NCBI GenBank assembly: GCA_031409275.1
Contig: JANNXA010000014.1
Coordinates: 128,001 to 192,000 of the forward strand
DNA length: 64,000 bases
Direction of reading: 5' to 3'
Origin: Planctomycetota bacterium
Lineage (GTDB): Bacteria > Planctomycetota > B15-G4 > SIAN01
Shown: positions 1 to 10,142 of the stretch, one piece after another
Layout of the letters: each line of letters starts with the position of its first letter
How positions within the stretch are numbered: the stretch's first letter is position 1
Program-made: the position numbers and the translations under genes
Notes under the pieces: generated by a model
Databases searched by the model: none
What the model was told of the DNA's origin: nothing
Seen by the model: only the letters and a program-made list of their open reading frames with translations

Positions 1-2
1 AC

Positions 3-2084
3 TTCCAGCAGCAGATCAACCACGACGGCTGGCAGACCGAGCACTATCCCGAGAACGACTTCTCGCGCATGCCGATGGACCTGGTCCGCGGCGGCGACGG
101 GCGCGCCCTGGTGCTGAAGGTGCAGATGGGCGCGCGAGTGGTGCGCGCGCAGGTGTGGAAGGTCAACGTCGGCCGCGTCCCGCTCTACCTGCTCGACACG
201 AACCTCCCCGAAGCCTCCGAACAGGATCGCCGCATCACGGAACGGCTCTACGGCGGCGACAAGCGCGTACGCCTCGAGCAGGAGATCCTGCTCGGCATCG
301 GCGGCGTCCACGCGCTGCACGGGCTGGGCATCGACGTCGACGCCTACCACATGAACGAAGGCCACACGACCTTCCTCACGCTCGAACAGACCGCGCGACT
401 GATGGAGAAGGAGAAGCTGCCGTTCGAGGAGGCGCGCTACCTGGCCGCCGCGGTCAACACCTTCACGACCCACACGCCAGTCCCCGCCGGTCACGACGAG
501 TACGACCCGGAGTGGATGCGCGAGTACTTCGCGCCCTATGCGATGCGACTCGGGATCCCCGACTCCCAGCTCATCGCGCTCGGCCAACGCGAACCGGGGA
601 ACGCCAACAAGAGCTTCGTGATGACGATCCTTGGCCTGCGCATGGCCAAGCACAAGAACGGCGTCAGCAAGCTGCACGGCGAGGTCACGCGCGAGATGTG
701 GCAAGGGCTGTGGCCGATGCTGCAGACCGACGAGTTGCCGATCTCCCACGTGACCAACGGCGTGCACAGCCAGAGCTGGCTGTCCGCGGAGATGCGCCGT
801 CTCTTCGACCGCTACTTCGAGCCCGACTGGCTGGCGCAATCGACGCGCACCTCGGTCTGGGAGAAGGCGCGCGAGATCCCCGATGCCGAGCTCTGGCGCA
901 GCCGCTGCCGGCTCCGCCAGCGCCTCGTCAACGAAGTGCGCGCCCGCCTGCTGCGACAGGCGCAGCGCGGCGTCGTCTCGGCGGCGCAGTTGCGCCGCGC
1001 CGAGCGCGCGCTCGACCCCGAGGTGCTGACGGTCGGCTTCTGCCGCCGCTTCGCGACCTACAAGCGCGCCACGCTGCTGTTCCGTGATCTCGACCGCCTG
1101 AAGCGCATCTGCCGCCATTCCGAGCGGCCGATCCAGTTCGTCTTCGCCGGCAAGGCGCATCCGCAGGACGAGCCCGCCAAGAAGTACATCCGCGAGATCG
1201 TGCGGGAGAGCTGGGGCGAGGATCTGCTCGGACGGCTCGTCTTCGTCGAGAACTACGACATCGGCCTCGCGCGGATCCTGGTGCAGGGCGTCGACGTGTG
1301 GCTCAACAACCCGCGCCGACCCTACGAGGCGAGCGGCACTTCGGGCATGAAGGTCGTCCTGAACGGCGGCCTCCACATGTCGATCCTCGACGGCTGGTGG
1401 TGCGAGGGCTGGCGCGGCGACAACGGCTGGGCGATCGGCAACGGCCACGCCGCCGCGGACGAGGAGATGCAGGACCAGCTCGACGCGCTGTCCGCCTACG
1501 ACCTGCTCGAGCACGAAGTCGCGGCGAGCTTCTATTCGCGCGACAAGGATGGCGTGCCGACGCAGTGGTGCCAGTTGATGAAGGCGTCGATCGGCGGATT
1601 GGCGCCGCAGTTCTCGAGCGATCGCATGCTCGAGGAGTACGCCACTCGCTTCTACGCGCAGTCGCTGCGCGTCCAGGGCGAGCTCACGGGCGCGAATCGC
1701 GGCCGACTGCGCGGCCTGAACGATTGGTGGCGCATGGTGAACAGCGAGTGGGACCACGTGCGAATCGTCGACGTCAGCGTCGACACCAGCCCGGTCCACC
1801 CGCTGGGCTCGCGGCTGCCGGTGCAGATCGCCCTCGATTGCGGCCCCATCGACCCGAGCCACGTCGTCGTCGAAGTGGTGCACGGCCCGACCGACGGCGA
1901 TGGCCGCATCGTCGACGCCGTCGTCGCGCCGGCGACCCATGCCGGCCACGCCGATGGATTGCAGCGCTACACCGCCACGATCGCATGCGGCCGCTCGGGA
2001 CGACAGGGACTCGCGGTGCGCGTGCGGCCAGGACGGCCCGGTTCGGAGTGGATCTTCGATCAGACACTGGTTCGTTGGGGTTGA
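3..2084 (+). CDS. glgP: alpha-glucan (glycogen/maltodextrin) phosphorylase, 5'-truncated by window edge
   Basis: Frame is open from position 3 (FQQQINHDGWQTEHY). Motifs HMNEGH, FTTHTPVPAGHD, NGVH, RRFATYKRA, FAGKAHPQD and the PLP-Lys motif EASGTSGMK. Confidence 0.97.
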   Translation, partial: FQQQINHDGWQTEHYPENDFSRMPMDLVRGGDGRALVLKVQMGARVVRAQVWKVNVGRVPLYLLDTNLPEASEQDRRITERLYGGDKRVRLEQEILLGIGGVHALHGLGIDVDAYHMNEGHTTFLTLEQTARLMEKEKLPFEEARYLAAAVNTFTTHTPVPAGHDEYDPEWMREYFAPYAMRLGIPDSQLIALGQREPGNANKSFVMTILGLRMAKHKNGVSKLHGEVTREMWQGLWPMLQTDELPISHVTNGVHSQSWLSAEMRRLFDRYFEPDWLAQSTRTSVWEKAREIPDAELWRSRCRLRQRLVNEVRARLLRQAQRGVVSAAQLRRAERALDPEVLTVGFCRRFATYKRATLLFRDLDRLKRICRHSERPIQFVFAGKAHPQDEPAKKYIREIVRESWGEDLLGRLVFVENYDIGLARILVQGVDVWLNNPRRPYEASGTSGMKVVLNGGLHMSILDGWWCEGWRGDNGWAIGNGHAAADEEMQDQLDALSAYDLLEHEVAASFYSRDKDGVPTQWCQLMKASIGGLAPQFSSDRMLEEYATRFYAQSLRVQGELTGANRGRLRGLNDWWRMVNSEWDHVRIVDVSVDTSPVHPLGSRLPVQIALDCGPIDPSHVVVEVVHGPTDGDGRIVDAVVAPATHAGHADGLQRYTATIACGRSGRQGLAVRVRPGRPGSEWIFDQTLVRWG

Positions 2085-2173
2085 TCGCCGACCGCACTTT
2101 GGCGGCGAACGCTGCTTTGACGATGATCGCGGTCTCGCGCACGGCACACCCGCGCGCGCAAGAGGAGAGCCTG

Positions 2174-2476
2174 ATGCCGAAGAGTCTCGCGCGCGTTGCC
2201 GCGGCAGTGGCGCTGTGCGCCGCGCTGCCCAGCTGCTTCACCTTCACCCACACGGTGGGTCGCGGGCCGCAAAGCCCGACCCCGGTCGTCACCACGCAGA
2301 CGCAATGGTTCGCGTTGTGGGGCCTCGTGCCGCTCGACCCGGTCGACTCGGCGGCGCTTGCCGGCCCGGTGCGCGACTACAAGGTCACCACCAAGTTCAC
2401 GCTCGTCGACGTCGTGATCACTGCGTTCTCGAGCTTCGTCACGCTCTATCGCCAGACGGTCATCCTCGAGAAGTGA
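2174..2476 (+). CDS. Bor/Iss-like small lipoprotein
   Basis: RBS GAGGAG at 2162-2167, ATG at 2174, lipobox LPSC, WFALWGLVP segment typical of Bor-like proteins. Confidence 0.75.
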   Translation: MPKSLARVAAAVALCAALPSCFTFTHTVGRGPQSPTPVVTTQTQWFALWGLVPLDPVDSAALAGPVRDYKVTTKFTLVDVVITAFSSFVTLYRQTVILEK

Positions 2477-2478
2477 AC

Positions 2479-5400
2479 ATGCGCCGCCACCCACTCGTCG
2501 TCGCCCTCCTCCTGCTCGCCACGCTGCCGCTCGCGAGCGGCTGCTGGCCGATCGCGCCGATCGCCGCTCTTGCGGCGGCCGGGGGCGGCGGCGGTGGCAG
2601 TGACGCGGCGAGCGCCGCGGCGCTCACCGGCACCGTCATCACCGACGCGACGGTCTTCGGATCGAGCCTCGCTCTCGACCGCGAGCCCAACAACTCGGTC
2701 GGTCGCGCCACGCCGCTGCCCTCGTTGACGGATGGCTCCACGGCACAGGGCGAGGGGACGACGGCGCTGGCGCTCCATTTCCAGGCGCTGCTCGACGAAG
2801 GTGGCAGCGCGCACCTGATGGCCCGCGAAGCGCTCGACGATGGCGAGCGCCGCCATGAGATCGGCGGCGACCCCGCGACGACCCACGTGGCGCGCCTCGA
2901 TCGCGAACTGCTGCTGGTACGCGCGCAGCCCGACGGCCACGCGCGCGTCGACGTCACTCCGCTGGTGAGCGGCTACGTGAAGCGGCGTTTCGAACTGGCG
3001 CTGCCGGTGGTCCCTGCCGGCGCGAGCGCCCTCCTCGACGCGCTCTTCGTGCTCGACAGCAGCGGCCCGACGACGCGACTGATCGCCTTCGATGCGCAGG
3101 ACGGCTCCGCGCTGGCGCTGCGCGACCTCGGTCGCGGCAGCCTGCGCCAGCTCGCCGGTGCGCGCGATCTGGCGCAGGACCGCGAACGGCTCTTCACCAG
3201 CGATCCGGTCGCCGGCACCCTCTTCGAGGTCGAGCTCAACGGCCAGGGCAGCGCGCGTCAGCTCGGCGATCTGCGCCAGCTGCCGATCGTCGCCAACGGC
3301 TCGATCGCGGCGCTCGGCTACGACGGGATCTTCCTGCACGTGTTGCGCGCCGACGGCGTGCTGACCTCCTACGACTCGCACTTCTCGATCGCCGGCCAGC
3401 GCGACTTCTGCCCCGCCGGCGCGACCGTCCGCTCGCTGGTTGCGACGCTTGATCTCGGCATCGACAGCTGGCATGTCGAGGTACCGGCCGGCACGACGAT
3501 GCGACTCTCCTTCGCCGCGAACTCCGTCGCCGAGCATCGGTCGCACCATTTCTTCGGCGTGCGCACGCGCGCGGCGATCGAGGAGGCTGGCGCCATCGCG
3601 CCCGACCAGTTCGAGCGCTTCATCGCGGACGGAAACGCGGTCGAATTCGATCTGACCGGCGGCGTGGCGCCCACCGGCTACGACCTCTACGTCGGAACTC
3701 TCGCAGGCGCCGCTCGCTACCGACTGGCGCTGAATCGCGCGGCGCGAACGCCCGCTGCACCGGCCCCCACCTCCGCCGCGCCCGATGCGACCCTCGCCGC
3801 CAACCTCGTCGATGCGATCGCGGCGCTGACCCCGGCCACGCTCGACGAGCAGGCCGCCGATCCGTTGCTTCCGGAGTTCGTGCCGGGACGGCTCCTCCTC
3901 GGTCGCCGCGAGGGTGCCGCCGCGCTGGCGCTGCCGCCGTCGCCGCGCGGCCTGTCGCTCGCTGCCGAATCGAGCAGCCCGTCGGGCTTCGACCTCGTGC
4001 GAGTGACGCCGAATGGGCAGTGGCGCGGACCGGCCGCGCGCACGCTGAACGGGGCAGAGAGCCGTCGCGCCCGTCGCCGCGAACAGTCGCGCCAGCTGCT
4101 GGTCGCGACCAACGCGTTGGCGGGTGCGCGCGACGTCGCGTGGAGCGAGCCCGACTTCGTGGCGCGCGCGCTCGCGACGCCCAACGACCCGGGCTACTCC
4201 TCGCTGCAGGATTGGCACTACGACCTGTTGAACCTGCCGGCGGCGTGGGACATCACCACCGGCTCCTCGTCGGTCGTCATGGCCATCGTCGACACCGGCG
4301 CGCGCACCGACAACGTCGATTTCTTCGCCAACATGGGCAGCGATGGCTTCGACTTCGTCAGCGGCTCGAACAGCGGCGACGGTGACGGACGCGACACCGA
4401 TCCCTTCGATCAGGGAACCTTCAACGGCAACAGCCACCACGGCAGCCACTCTGGCGGCACCATGGGCGCGCGCGGCAACAACGGCACGCAGGGCACCGGA
4501 ATCTGCTGGGACGCCGATCTGATGCCGCTGCGCGCGCTTGGCACCGACGGCAACGGCAGCCTGAGCGACATCGCCGAGGCGATCCGCTACGCCGCCCGTC
4601 TCAGCAACGCATCCGGCGTGCTGCCGTCGCAACGGGCTGCGGTCATCAACCTGAGCCTAGGCACCAGTTCCGCTTCGAACACGATGCGCAATGCCATCGA
4701 TGCCGCCATCAACGCGGGAGTCGTCGTCTGCGCCGCCGCCGGCAACGACGGCAACGGAGAAGCGGTCCTCTTCCCGGCCGCGTTCAGCGAGGTGATCGCG
4801 GTCGCCGCCGTCGACTTCGACGGCGACCTCGCCTACTACTCGAACACGGGACCCGAGATCGACATCGCCTGCTCGGGCGGCTCGAACGTGCTCGGCCAGT
4901 CGAGCAAGGACATCTGGTCGACGGTCGGCGTCGGCGTGAACGGCTCGCTGCAGAATCTCGCCGGGACGTCGATGGCGTGCGCGCACGCTTCCGGAATCGT
5001 CGGGCTGATCGTCTCGCAACTTCCGACGCTGAACCAGACCGAGGCGACCGAACTGCTGACGTCGACGGCCGTCGACCTCGGCGCCATCGGCTTCGACGAC
5101 GGCTTCGGCCATGGCCTGGTCGACGCGGCGGCCGCCGTGAACGACGCGACCGCGGTGCTGTCGCTGCCGACCGACGAAGTGGACTTCGGCAACACCGGCA
5201 CGCGGCTCCTGGTCCAGGCCAGGAACCTCGGCGGCGGCAGGTTGATCCTCGACTCGATCACGCCGAGCAGCGTCCAGACGCCCTCGGGCGTCAGCGCCAC
5301 CACCGGCTGGCTCGCCATCGAACCGCTCGCGGACGGCGTCACCCTGCAGCTCACCGCCGATCGCACCGGACTCGCTGCCGGCGACTACCAGATCAACCTC

Positions 5401-5736
5401 GACATCGACAGCAACGGCGGCGATGACGACGTGCTCGTCGACCTGACCGCGGGCGGCAGCGGCGTCGCGGACGTCGGCGACGTCGTGATCGACCTCGTCG
5501 CCAGCGACGGCGTGACCCTCGTGAAGCGGCGCACCGCGAAGATCGGTTCCGGCTACGCCTTCACGCTGGCGGGCGTCGCGCGCGGCAGCTACTTCGTGCG
5601 TTGCGGCGTCGACCTCGATGGCGACGGCGTCATCGGCGAGTTCGGCGAACCGTTCGGGGCCTACCCCAACGTCGCCGACGAAGCGTTGCTCGAAGTCGGC
5701 GGCAGCAGCCTCGGACTCGACCTCGTCCTCGAGTGA
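2479..5736 (+). CDS. S8 (subtilisin-like) serine peptidase, multidomain lipoprotein
   Basis: Signal peptide with lipobox ASGC. Triad motifs AIVDTG, HHGSHSGGT, GTSMACAHASG; oxyanion AAAGND. N-terminal EPNN motif and C-terminal DLDGDG loop. Confidence 0.93.
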   Translation: MRRHPLVVALLLLATLPLASGCWPIAPIAALAAAGGGGGGSDAASAAALTGTVITDATVFGSSLALDREPNNSVGRATPLPSLTDGSTAQGEGTTALALHFQALLDEGGSAHLMAREALDDGERRHEIGGDPATTHVARLDRELLLVRAQPDGHARVDVTPLVSGYVKRRFELALPVVPAGASALLDALFVLDSSGPTTRLIAFDAQDGSALALRDLGRGSLRQLAGARDLAQDRERLFTSDPVAGTLFEVELNGQGSARQLGDLRQLPIVANGSIAALGYDGIFLHVLRADGVLTSYDSHFSIAGQRDFCPAGATVRSLVATLDLGIDSWHVEVPAGTTMRLSFAANSVAEHRSHHFFGVRTRAAIEEAGAIAPDQFERFIADGNAVEFDLTGGVAPTGYDLYVGTLAGAARYRLALNRAARTPAAPAPTSAAPDATLAANLVDAIAALTPATLDEQAADPLLPEFVPGRLLLGRREGAAALALPPSPRGLSLAAESSSPSGFDLVRVTPNGQWRGPAARTLNGAESRRARRREQSRQLLVATNALAGARDVAWSEPDFVARALATPNDPGYSSLQDWHYDLLNLPAAWDITTGSSSVVMAIVDTGARTDNVDFFANMGSDGFDFVSGSNSGDGDGRDTDPFDQGTFNGNSHHGSHSGGTMGARGNNGTQGTGICWDADLMPLRALGTDGNGSLSDIAEAIRYAARLSNASGVLPSQRAAVINLSLGTSSASNTMRNAIDAAINAGVVVCAAAGNDGNGEAVLFPAAFSEVIAVAAVDFDGDLAYYSNTGPEIDIACSGGSNVLGQSSKDIWSTVGVGVNGSLQNLAGTSMACAHASGIVGLIVSQLPTLNQTEATELLTSTAVDLGAIGFDDGFGHGLVDAAAAVNDATAVLSLPTDEVDFGNTGTRLLVQARNLGGGRLILDSITPSSVQTPSGVSATTGWLAIEPLADGVTLQLTADRTGLAAGDYQINLDIDSNGGDDDVLVDLTAGGSGVADVGDVVIDLVASDGVTLVKRRTAKIGSGYAFTLAGVARGSYFVRCGVDLDGDGVIGEFGEPFGAYPNVADEALLEVGGSSLGLDLVLE

Positions 5737-5825
5737 CGACGCAGCGTCCGCGGCCGGCGAGGCAACTTCCGGCCGGACGCGGCGCGCGAGGAGTGCAACT
5801 CGAGCCTCGAAGTGAGCGGCGTCCG

Positions 5826-7199
5826 CTACGGCGCGATGCCGTCGCGCGCAAGGTCCGCACGAGTCGCGAGGTCGGCGCGCGTGCCGGGCGGCTGCGAGTA
5901 CCAACCGCCGGCACCGCCGTCGGCGGCGAGTTCGTCGCGCACCTGCAGGACCGTGAACATGCCGCCCATCGTGATGTAACCGTGCGGGCCGACGCCGCCG
6001 ATCATCGGCAGGCTGTTGCGCGGAATGGTCGGATCGTGGTCGTCAGCGGCCGGCGTCTCGATCGCTGGAGCGCCCGCCGCCGCGCCGCCGCCCATGCCAC
6101 CCATGCCGCCGCCCATTCCGCCACCCTCGCCCATGTCGCTCCCGACCTGCTCGAAGGCTGGCACATGTCGCGACAGGGCGTCGTCAAAGCGCCCCAGATC
6201 GCTGCCGATGAGGATCGGCAGGCCGTGGCCCATCTGCGTCATCACGTGATGGGTCATGTGGCAGTGCAGCGGCCAGTCGCCGGGGTTGTCGGCAACGAAC
6301 TCGACCACCCGGACGGCTCCCACCGGCACCAGCACCGACGTCTCGGGGTAGCGCGCCGACTTCGGCACCTCACCACCATCGGTCGCCACCACCGTCACGA
6401 CGTGGCCGTGCAGATGGATCGGGTGGTGGTGCATCGCGCTCAGGTTGCCGATACGGATGCGAACCCGTTCGCCGCGCCGCACTGCCAACGGCGCCGTGCC
6501 CGGGTAGATCCGCGCGTTCAGCGTCAGCACGTTGAAGTCGACCATCTCGTTGGGATCGGGTCGGCGCGTGCCAGGCGCGATCTTCCATTCGCTCAGCAGG
6601 TAGACGAAGTCGCGATCGGGCGGCGGCTCGGTTGGCTGGCGCGGATGGACGATGAGCATCCCCATCAGCCCCATCGCCATCTGGGTCATCTCGTCGTGAT
6701 GGGAGTGGTACATGAACGAGCCGGCATCAGTGAAGGTGAACTCGTACTTGAACGTCTCGCCCGACTCGATCGGCCGCTGCGTCAGGCCGCCAACGCCATC
6801 CATGCCGTTGGGAACGCGCACGCCATGCCAGTGGACCGACGTCGCCACGTCGAGGCGATTGGTGACGTAGATGCGAACGCGATCGCCTTCCACCGCCTCG
6901 ATCGTCGGCCCGTGCACGCGGCCATTGAAGCCGTAGCACTCGGCGACGAGGCCCGGCGCAAATTCGTGCGTGACGGACTGCGCGATCAGGTGGAAGACCT
7001 TGACGCCGTCGACCTCGCGAAATGGCAGGGTGGCGCCATCGGGCGTCACGGTCGGCCGATATCCGCCGAGCATCGGGGCCGGCGCCGGCGCCGGATCACG
7101 CGGCAGCAACGACCCGGCGCGCGCGCGCGCACTGAACGCCGCGAACGCCGCCATGGCGCCGGTCGAGTTCCACAGGAAGCGGCGACGATCGTCGCGCAT
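5826..7199 (-). CDS. two-domain multicopper oxidase (copper oxidase), Tat-exported
   Basis: Tat signal MRDDRRRFL. Copper motifs SVHWHG, YHSHH, HHPIHLHGH, WPLHCHMTHHVMTQM. Confidence 0.93.
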   Translation of the reverse strand: MRDDRRRFLWNSTGAMAAFAAFSARARAGSLLPRDPAPAPAPMLGGYRPTVTPDGATLPFREVDGVKVFHLIAQSVTHEFAPGLVAECYGFNGRVHGPTIEAVEGDRVRIYVTNRLDVATSVHWHGVRVPNGMDGVGGLTQRPIESGETFKYEFTFTDAGSFMYHSHHDEMTQMAMGLMGMLIVHPRQPTEPPPDRDFVYLLSEWKIAPGTRRPDPNEMVDFNVLTLNARIYPGTAPLAVRRGERVRIRIGNLSAMHHHPIHLHGHVVTVVATDGGEVPKSARYPETSVLVPVGAVRVVEFVADNPGDWPLHCHMTHHVMTQMGHGLPILIGSDLGRFDDALSRHVPAFEQVGSDMGEGGGMGGGMGGMGGGAAAGAPAIETPAADDHDPTIPRNSLPMIGGVGPHGYITMGGMFTVLQVRDELAADGGAGGWYSQPPGTRADLATRADLARDGIAP

Positions 7200-7201
7200 G
7201 G

Positions 7202-8602
7202 TCAACGCTCCTCGCCGCTCAGGTGCGGTCGGCTGCCTGCCAACAGTTCTTCGAGGTCGAGCTCGGCGACCCGCGCGGCGAGCGCAAGCTCGGAGGCGCG
7301 CTCCTCGGCCGCGAGTTCGCCGCCACGCGCGCTGAGCACGTCGAACGCGCCGATCTGCATCGCGTTGTATTGCTGGACCGTCTCGCGCACGAAGCGCGCG
7401 TGCAGCGGCGCCTCTTCCAACAGCGCTGCGGCAGCGCGATCGGCGAGACTCTGCGCCGCCACGGCCGCGACACGCGCCCGCGACGCCACGTCGAGCTGTA
7501 GCTCGCGCGCCGTGAGCTGCTCCGCACGCAGTTGCGCGCCGCCCGCGAAACGCGCCACGCCGCCGGCGTCGAAGAGCGGCAGCGCCAATGCCAGCGACGG
7601 TCCGATGCCCCAATCGTCGCTCGTCTCGTGCTTCGCAACCAGCCCGACGTCGGCCGGGCCAAGCCACGCCGCGCGTGCCTCGACGCCGATGCGTTCCGCC
7701 GCCGCGACGATGCGCGCGCGCTGGACCTGCAACGCGAGGCTTCTCTCCACGGCCCGGAGCGCCGCGACGCTCGGAGTCGGCAGCGAGGCGCGGCGCGGCG
7801 GTGGCCACTCCCCCGTCGCTTGCCACTCGCCCACCGCCCCATCGAGAGCCAGCGCCCGCTGAAGCTCCTCCTGCGCCGAGAACTGCTCCTGCGCTGCGTG
7901 CAACGCTTCATCGCGAGCGCGCGCCGCTTCGATCGCGCCGATCGTGCGATGCGGATCGACCACGCTGCCCGCCGCATGCAGCGTCTCCATCAAGTCGGCG
8001 CTCGCCATCGCCGCCGCGCTCGCGAGTCGGGCGCGCGCCAGCCGCTGCTGCGACGCCAGCGCGTTTGCGTGAGCACGCCGCACCGCGAAGAGGTGATGCA
8101 CCAACGCCTCGGTGACCTGCGCCTCGGTCGCGGCGCGCTCCGCCTCGGCGAGACGGCGATGCAGCGGCGCGAAGAGCAGCTCAAGGAACGGCTGCGCCAA
8201 GGAGAGCTCGATCTCATCGGGACCGGAGAAGAGCTTCCAGTTGGCGGCCAGCACCGGATTGCGCGGCAGCACCGCGCGGCGCAACTCCGCGCGCGCGACG
8301 CCAAGCCGCTCGACCTGCGCGGCGAGCCCGGGATGGAGCAGCAGCGCCAGTTCGACCGCTTCCGCCTCGGTGACGCCATCGGCCAGACGCGTCGCGATCG
8401 CCTGCGCGAGTTCGGCGGCCGCGGGCTCGTCCTCGGAGGCTTGCGCCGTGGCGCGCGGTCGTGCGTCCGCGACTCCGGCGCGCTCCGCAACTGCTGCGAC
8501 GACAGCGTCGCGATCCTCCGCGAACTGCTCGTCGAGCGAGCGGCATCCCGCCGCCAACAGCAGCAGCAGCAGCGGCGGCGTCCACCGCGACCGCCACTGC
8601 AT
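7202..8602 (-). CDS. TolC-family outer membrane lipoprotein (metal-resistance associated)
   Basis: Lipobox LAAGC, helical OEP-like repeats, PLFDAGG and QYNAMQIGAFDVL segments; ends 2 nt before the copper oxidase start. Confidence 0.87.
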   Translation of the reverse strand: MQWRSRWTPPLLLLLLAAGCRSLDEQFAEDRDAVVAAVAERAGVADARPRATAQASEDEPAAAELAQAIATRLADGVTEAEAVELALLLHPGLAAQVERLGVARAELRRAVLPRNPVLAANWKLFSGPDEIELSLAQPFLELLFAPLHRRLAEAERAATEAQVTEALVHHLFAVRRAHANALASQQRLARARLASAAAMASADLMETLHAAGSVVDPHRTIGAIEAARARDEALHAAQEQFSAQEELQRALALDGAVGEWQATGEWPPPRRASLPTPSVAALRAVERSLALQVQRARIVAAAERIGVEARAAWLGPADVGLVAKHETSDDWGIGPSLALALPLFDAGGVARFAGGAQLRAEQLTARELQLDVASRARVAAVAAQSLADRAAAALLEEAPLHARFVRETVQQYNAMQIGAFDVLSARGGELAAEERASELALAARVAELDLEELLAGSRPHLSGEER

Positions 8603-9264
8603 CACTGTTTGCGGCCCGCGACGGCGCGCGCGTCCGCCAGCGCCTTGTCGAGCGCGCTCTTTGGATCCTTCTTCACGCCGTCCACGCATTCCGCCGAGCT
8701 GAGCCGCACGATCTGGCCCGCGACGACGCAGAAGGTGTTCGCGCTGACCGGCTTGCCGGTGATCGGGCAATTCGCGTTCGCCACATCGACCAGCTCCGGC
8801 TGGATCGCCTTGGCCAGCACCACCTGCGAGTCGGCGCGCGCCGCGGCCACGCACTCCGCTGAATGGAGGCGCAGTTCGTAGCCCTGCAACTGCAGCAGCG
8901 TCGGCTCACCCTCGATCTTCTTCCCCGTCACCGGGCAGAGCGCGTTCTCGAGCTTCGTCACCGTGGGGTAGGAGTGCTTCCACGCCGTCGCCTCGTCCTG
9001 CGCGATCTTCTTGTTGCAGCCCTTGCAGCAGATCCAGATGCGGCCGTAGGCCGTGTCGGTGAAGAGCTTCGAGGAGGCGGGCTTGCCCATGATCGGGCAG
9101 CTCTTGTTGGGGAACGCCGGGACCGTCACTTCGAGCGCCGGGCTGACCACGGGCGTCGCGGGACTCTCCTGCAGCGACGCGCTGCGCGCGGTCGGCGCCA
9201 TCGGGGCGATCACGGTGGTCAACAGCAGTTCCGCCAGGCTCGACGGCAGAACTCGCATCCACAT
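8602..9264 (-). CDS. secreted protein with three YHS/TRASH-like metal-binding repeats
   Basis: RBS GAGGAG. Three NxxCP(I/V)xGK repeats (CPIMGK...CCKGC; CPVTGK...HSAEC; CPITGK...SSAEC). TGATG overlap with tolC. Confidence 0.75.
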   Translation of the reverse strand: MWMRVLPSSLAELLLTTVIAPMAPTARSASLQESPATPVVSPALEVTVPAFPNKSCPIMGKPASSKLFTDTAYGRIWICCKGCNKKIAQDEATAWKHSYPTVTKLENALCPVTGKKIEGEPTLLQLQGYELRLHSAECVAAARADSQVVLAKAIQPELVDVANANCPITGKPVSANTFCVVAGQIVRLSSAECVDGVKKDPKSALDKALADARAVAGRKQ

Positions 9265-9406
9265 GGGGATCTCCTCGCGGCGAAGCGGAACAGGAAGCGC
9301 CAGCATCTCTACGCGGCGCGCCACCCGGGGTTGGTAGTTTGCGCGCGCTGCGCTCGATTGCAACGAGCGCCTTCCCGGCCGACTCCCGCATCGAGAGCGC
9401 TGCGTC

Positions 9407-10063
9407 TTGAATTCCGATCTCCCCTATCGCAAGCACTACGGCGACGCGCAGGCACTCCATTACGCTCACGCCAAGCAGGCTGCCGTGGCGACCCACCAGG
9501 GGGAGGCGGCGCTGGTCGAGCGCGCCCTCCGAAAGGTGCCGCGGACCGAGTCGCTGCTTGACCTGCCGTGCGGCGCGGCGCGGATGACCGCCGTGCTCGC
9601 GCAGCTCGGCTTCACCCACCTGGCGGCGGCCGATGTCTCGCCGGCGATGGTCGAGCTGGCGCGCGCGCGCCTCGCCGATGACGGCATCGATGCCCCTGTC
9701 TCGCTGGCCGATGCCGAGCACCTGCCGTTCGCCGACAGCGCGTTCGACAACGTCTTCTGCTTTCGCCTGTTCCACCACTTCCCAAGCGACGACCTGCGTA
9801 CCACCGTCGTACGCGAGCTCGCGCGCGTGGCGCGGCGGCGCGTCTTCTTGAGCTACCTCGACACGCGCAGCTTCACGTCGCGCAAGCGGGCGTTCGAGCG
9901 GCTGTTCCGTCCGCGCCCGCCCTCCAAGTTCACGCAGACGCCACGCGAGTTCGCGGCGCTGCTGATGCGCGGCGGCCTGCGCGTCGTCGCCGACCACGCG
10001 CGCTTCCCGTGGTGGCACTCGCTGCGCCTCGTCGTCGCCGAACCGGTGGCGCGCCACCCTTGA
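9407..10063 (+). CDS. class I SAM-dependent methyltransferase
   Basis: Motif [40 protein letters not shown] start is uncertain. Confidence 0.85.
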   Translation: MNSDLPYRKHYGDAQALHYAHAKQAAVATHQGEAALVERALRKVPRTESLLDLPCGAARMTAVLAQLGFTHLAAADVSPAMVELARARLADDGIDAPVSLADAEHLPFADSAFDNVFCFRLFHHFPSDDLRTTVVRELARVARRRVFLSYLDTRSFTSRKRAFERLFRPRPPSKFTQTPREFAALLMRGGLRVVADHARFPWWHSLRLVVAEPVARHP

Positions 10064-10081
10064 TCGGAAGCGGGGGCGGAC

Positions 10082-10090
10082 TGCTAGCCT
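10082..10090 (+). promoter_or_regulatory. possible extended -10 element upstream of bioB
   Basis: TG-C-TAGCCT about 55 nt upstream of the bioB start. No BirA-type palindrome seen. Confidence 0.3.
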
Positions 10091-10142
10091 CCCCGCCTCG
10101 ATCCGGCCGCGCCATCGGCGTGCCACCACCCGGAGATCGCGC

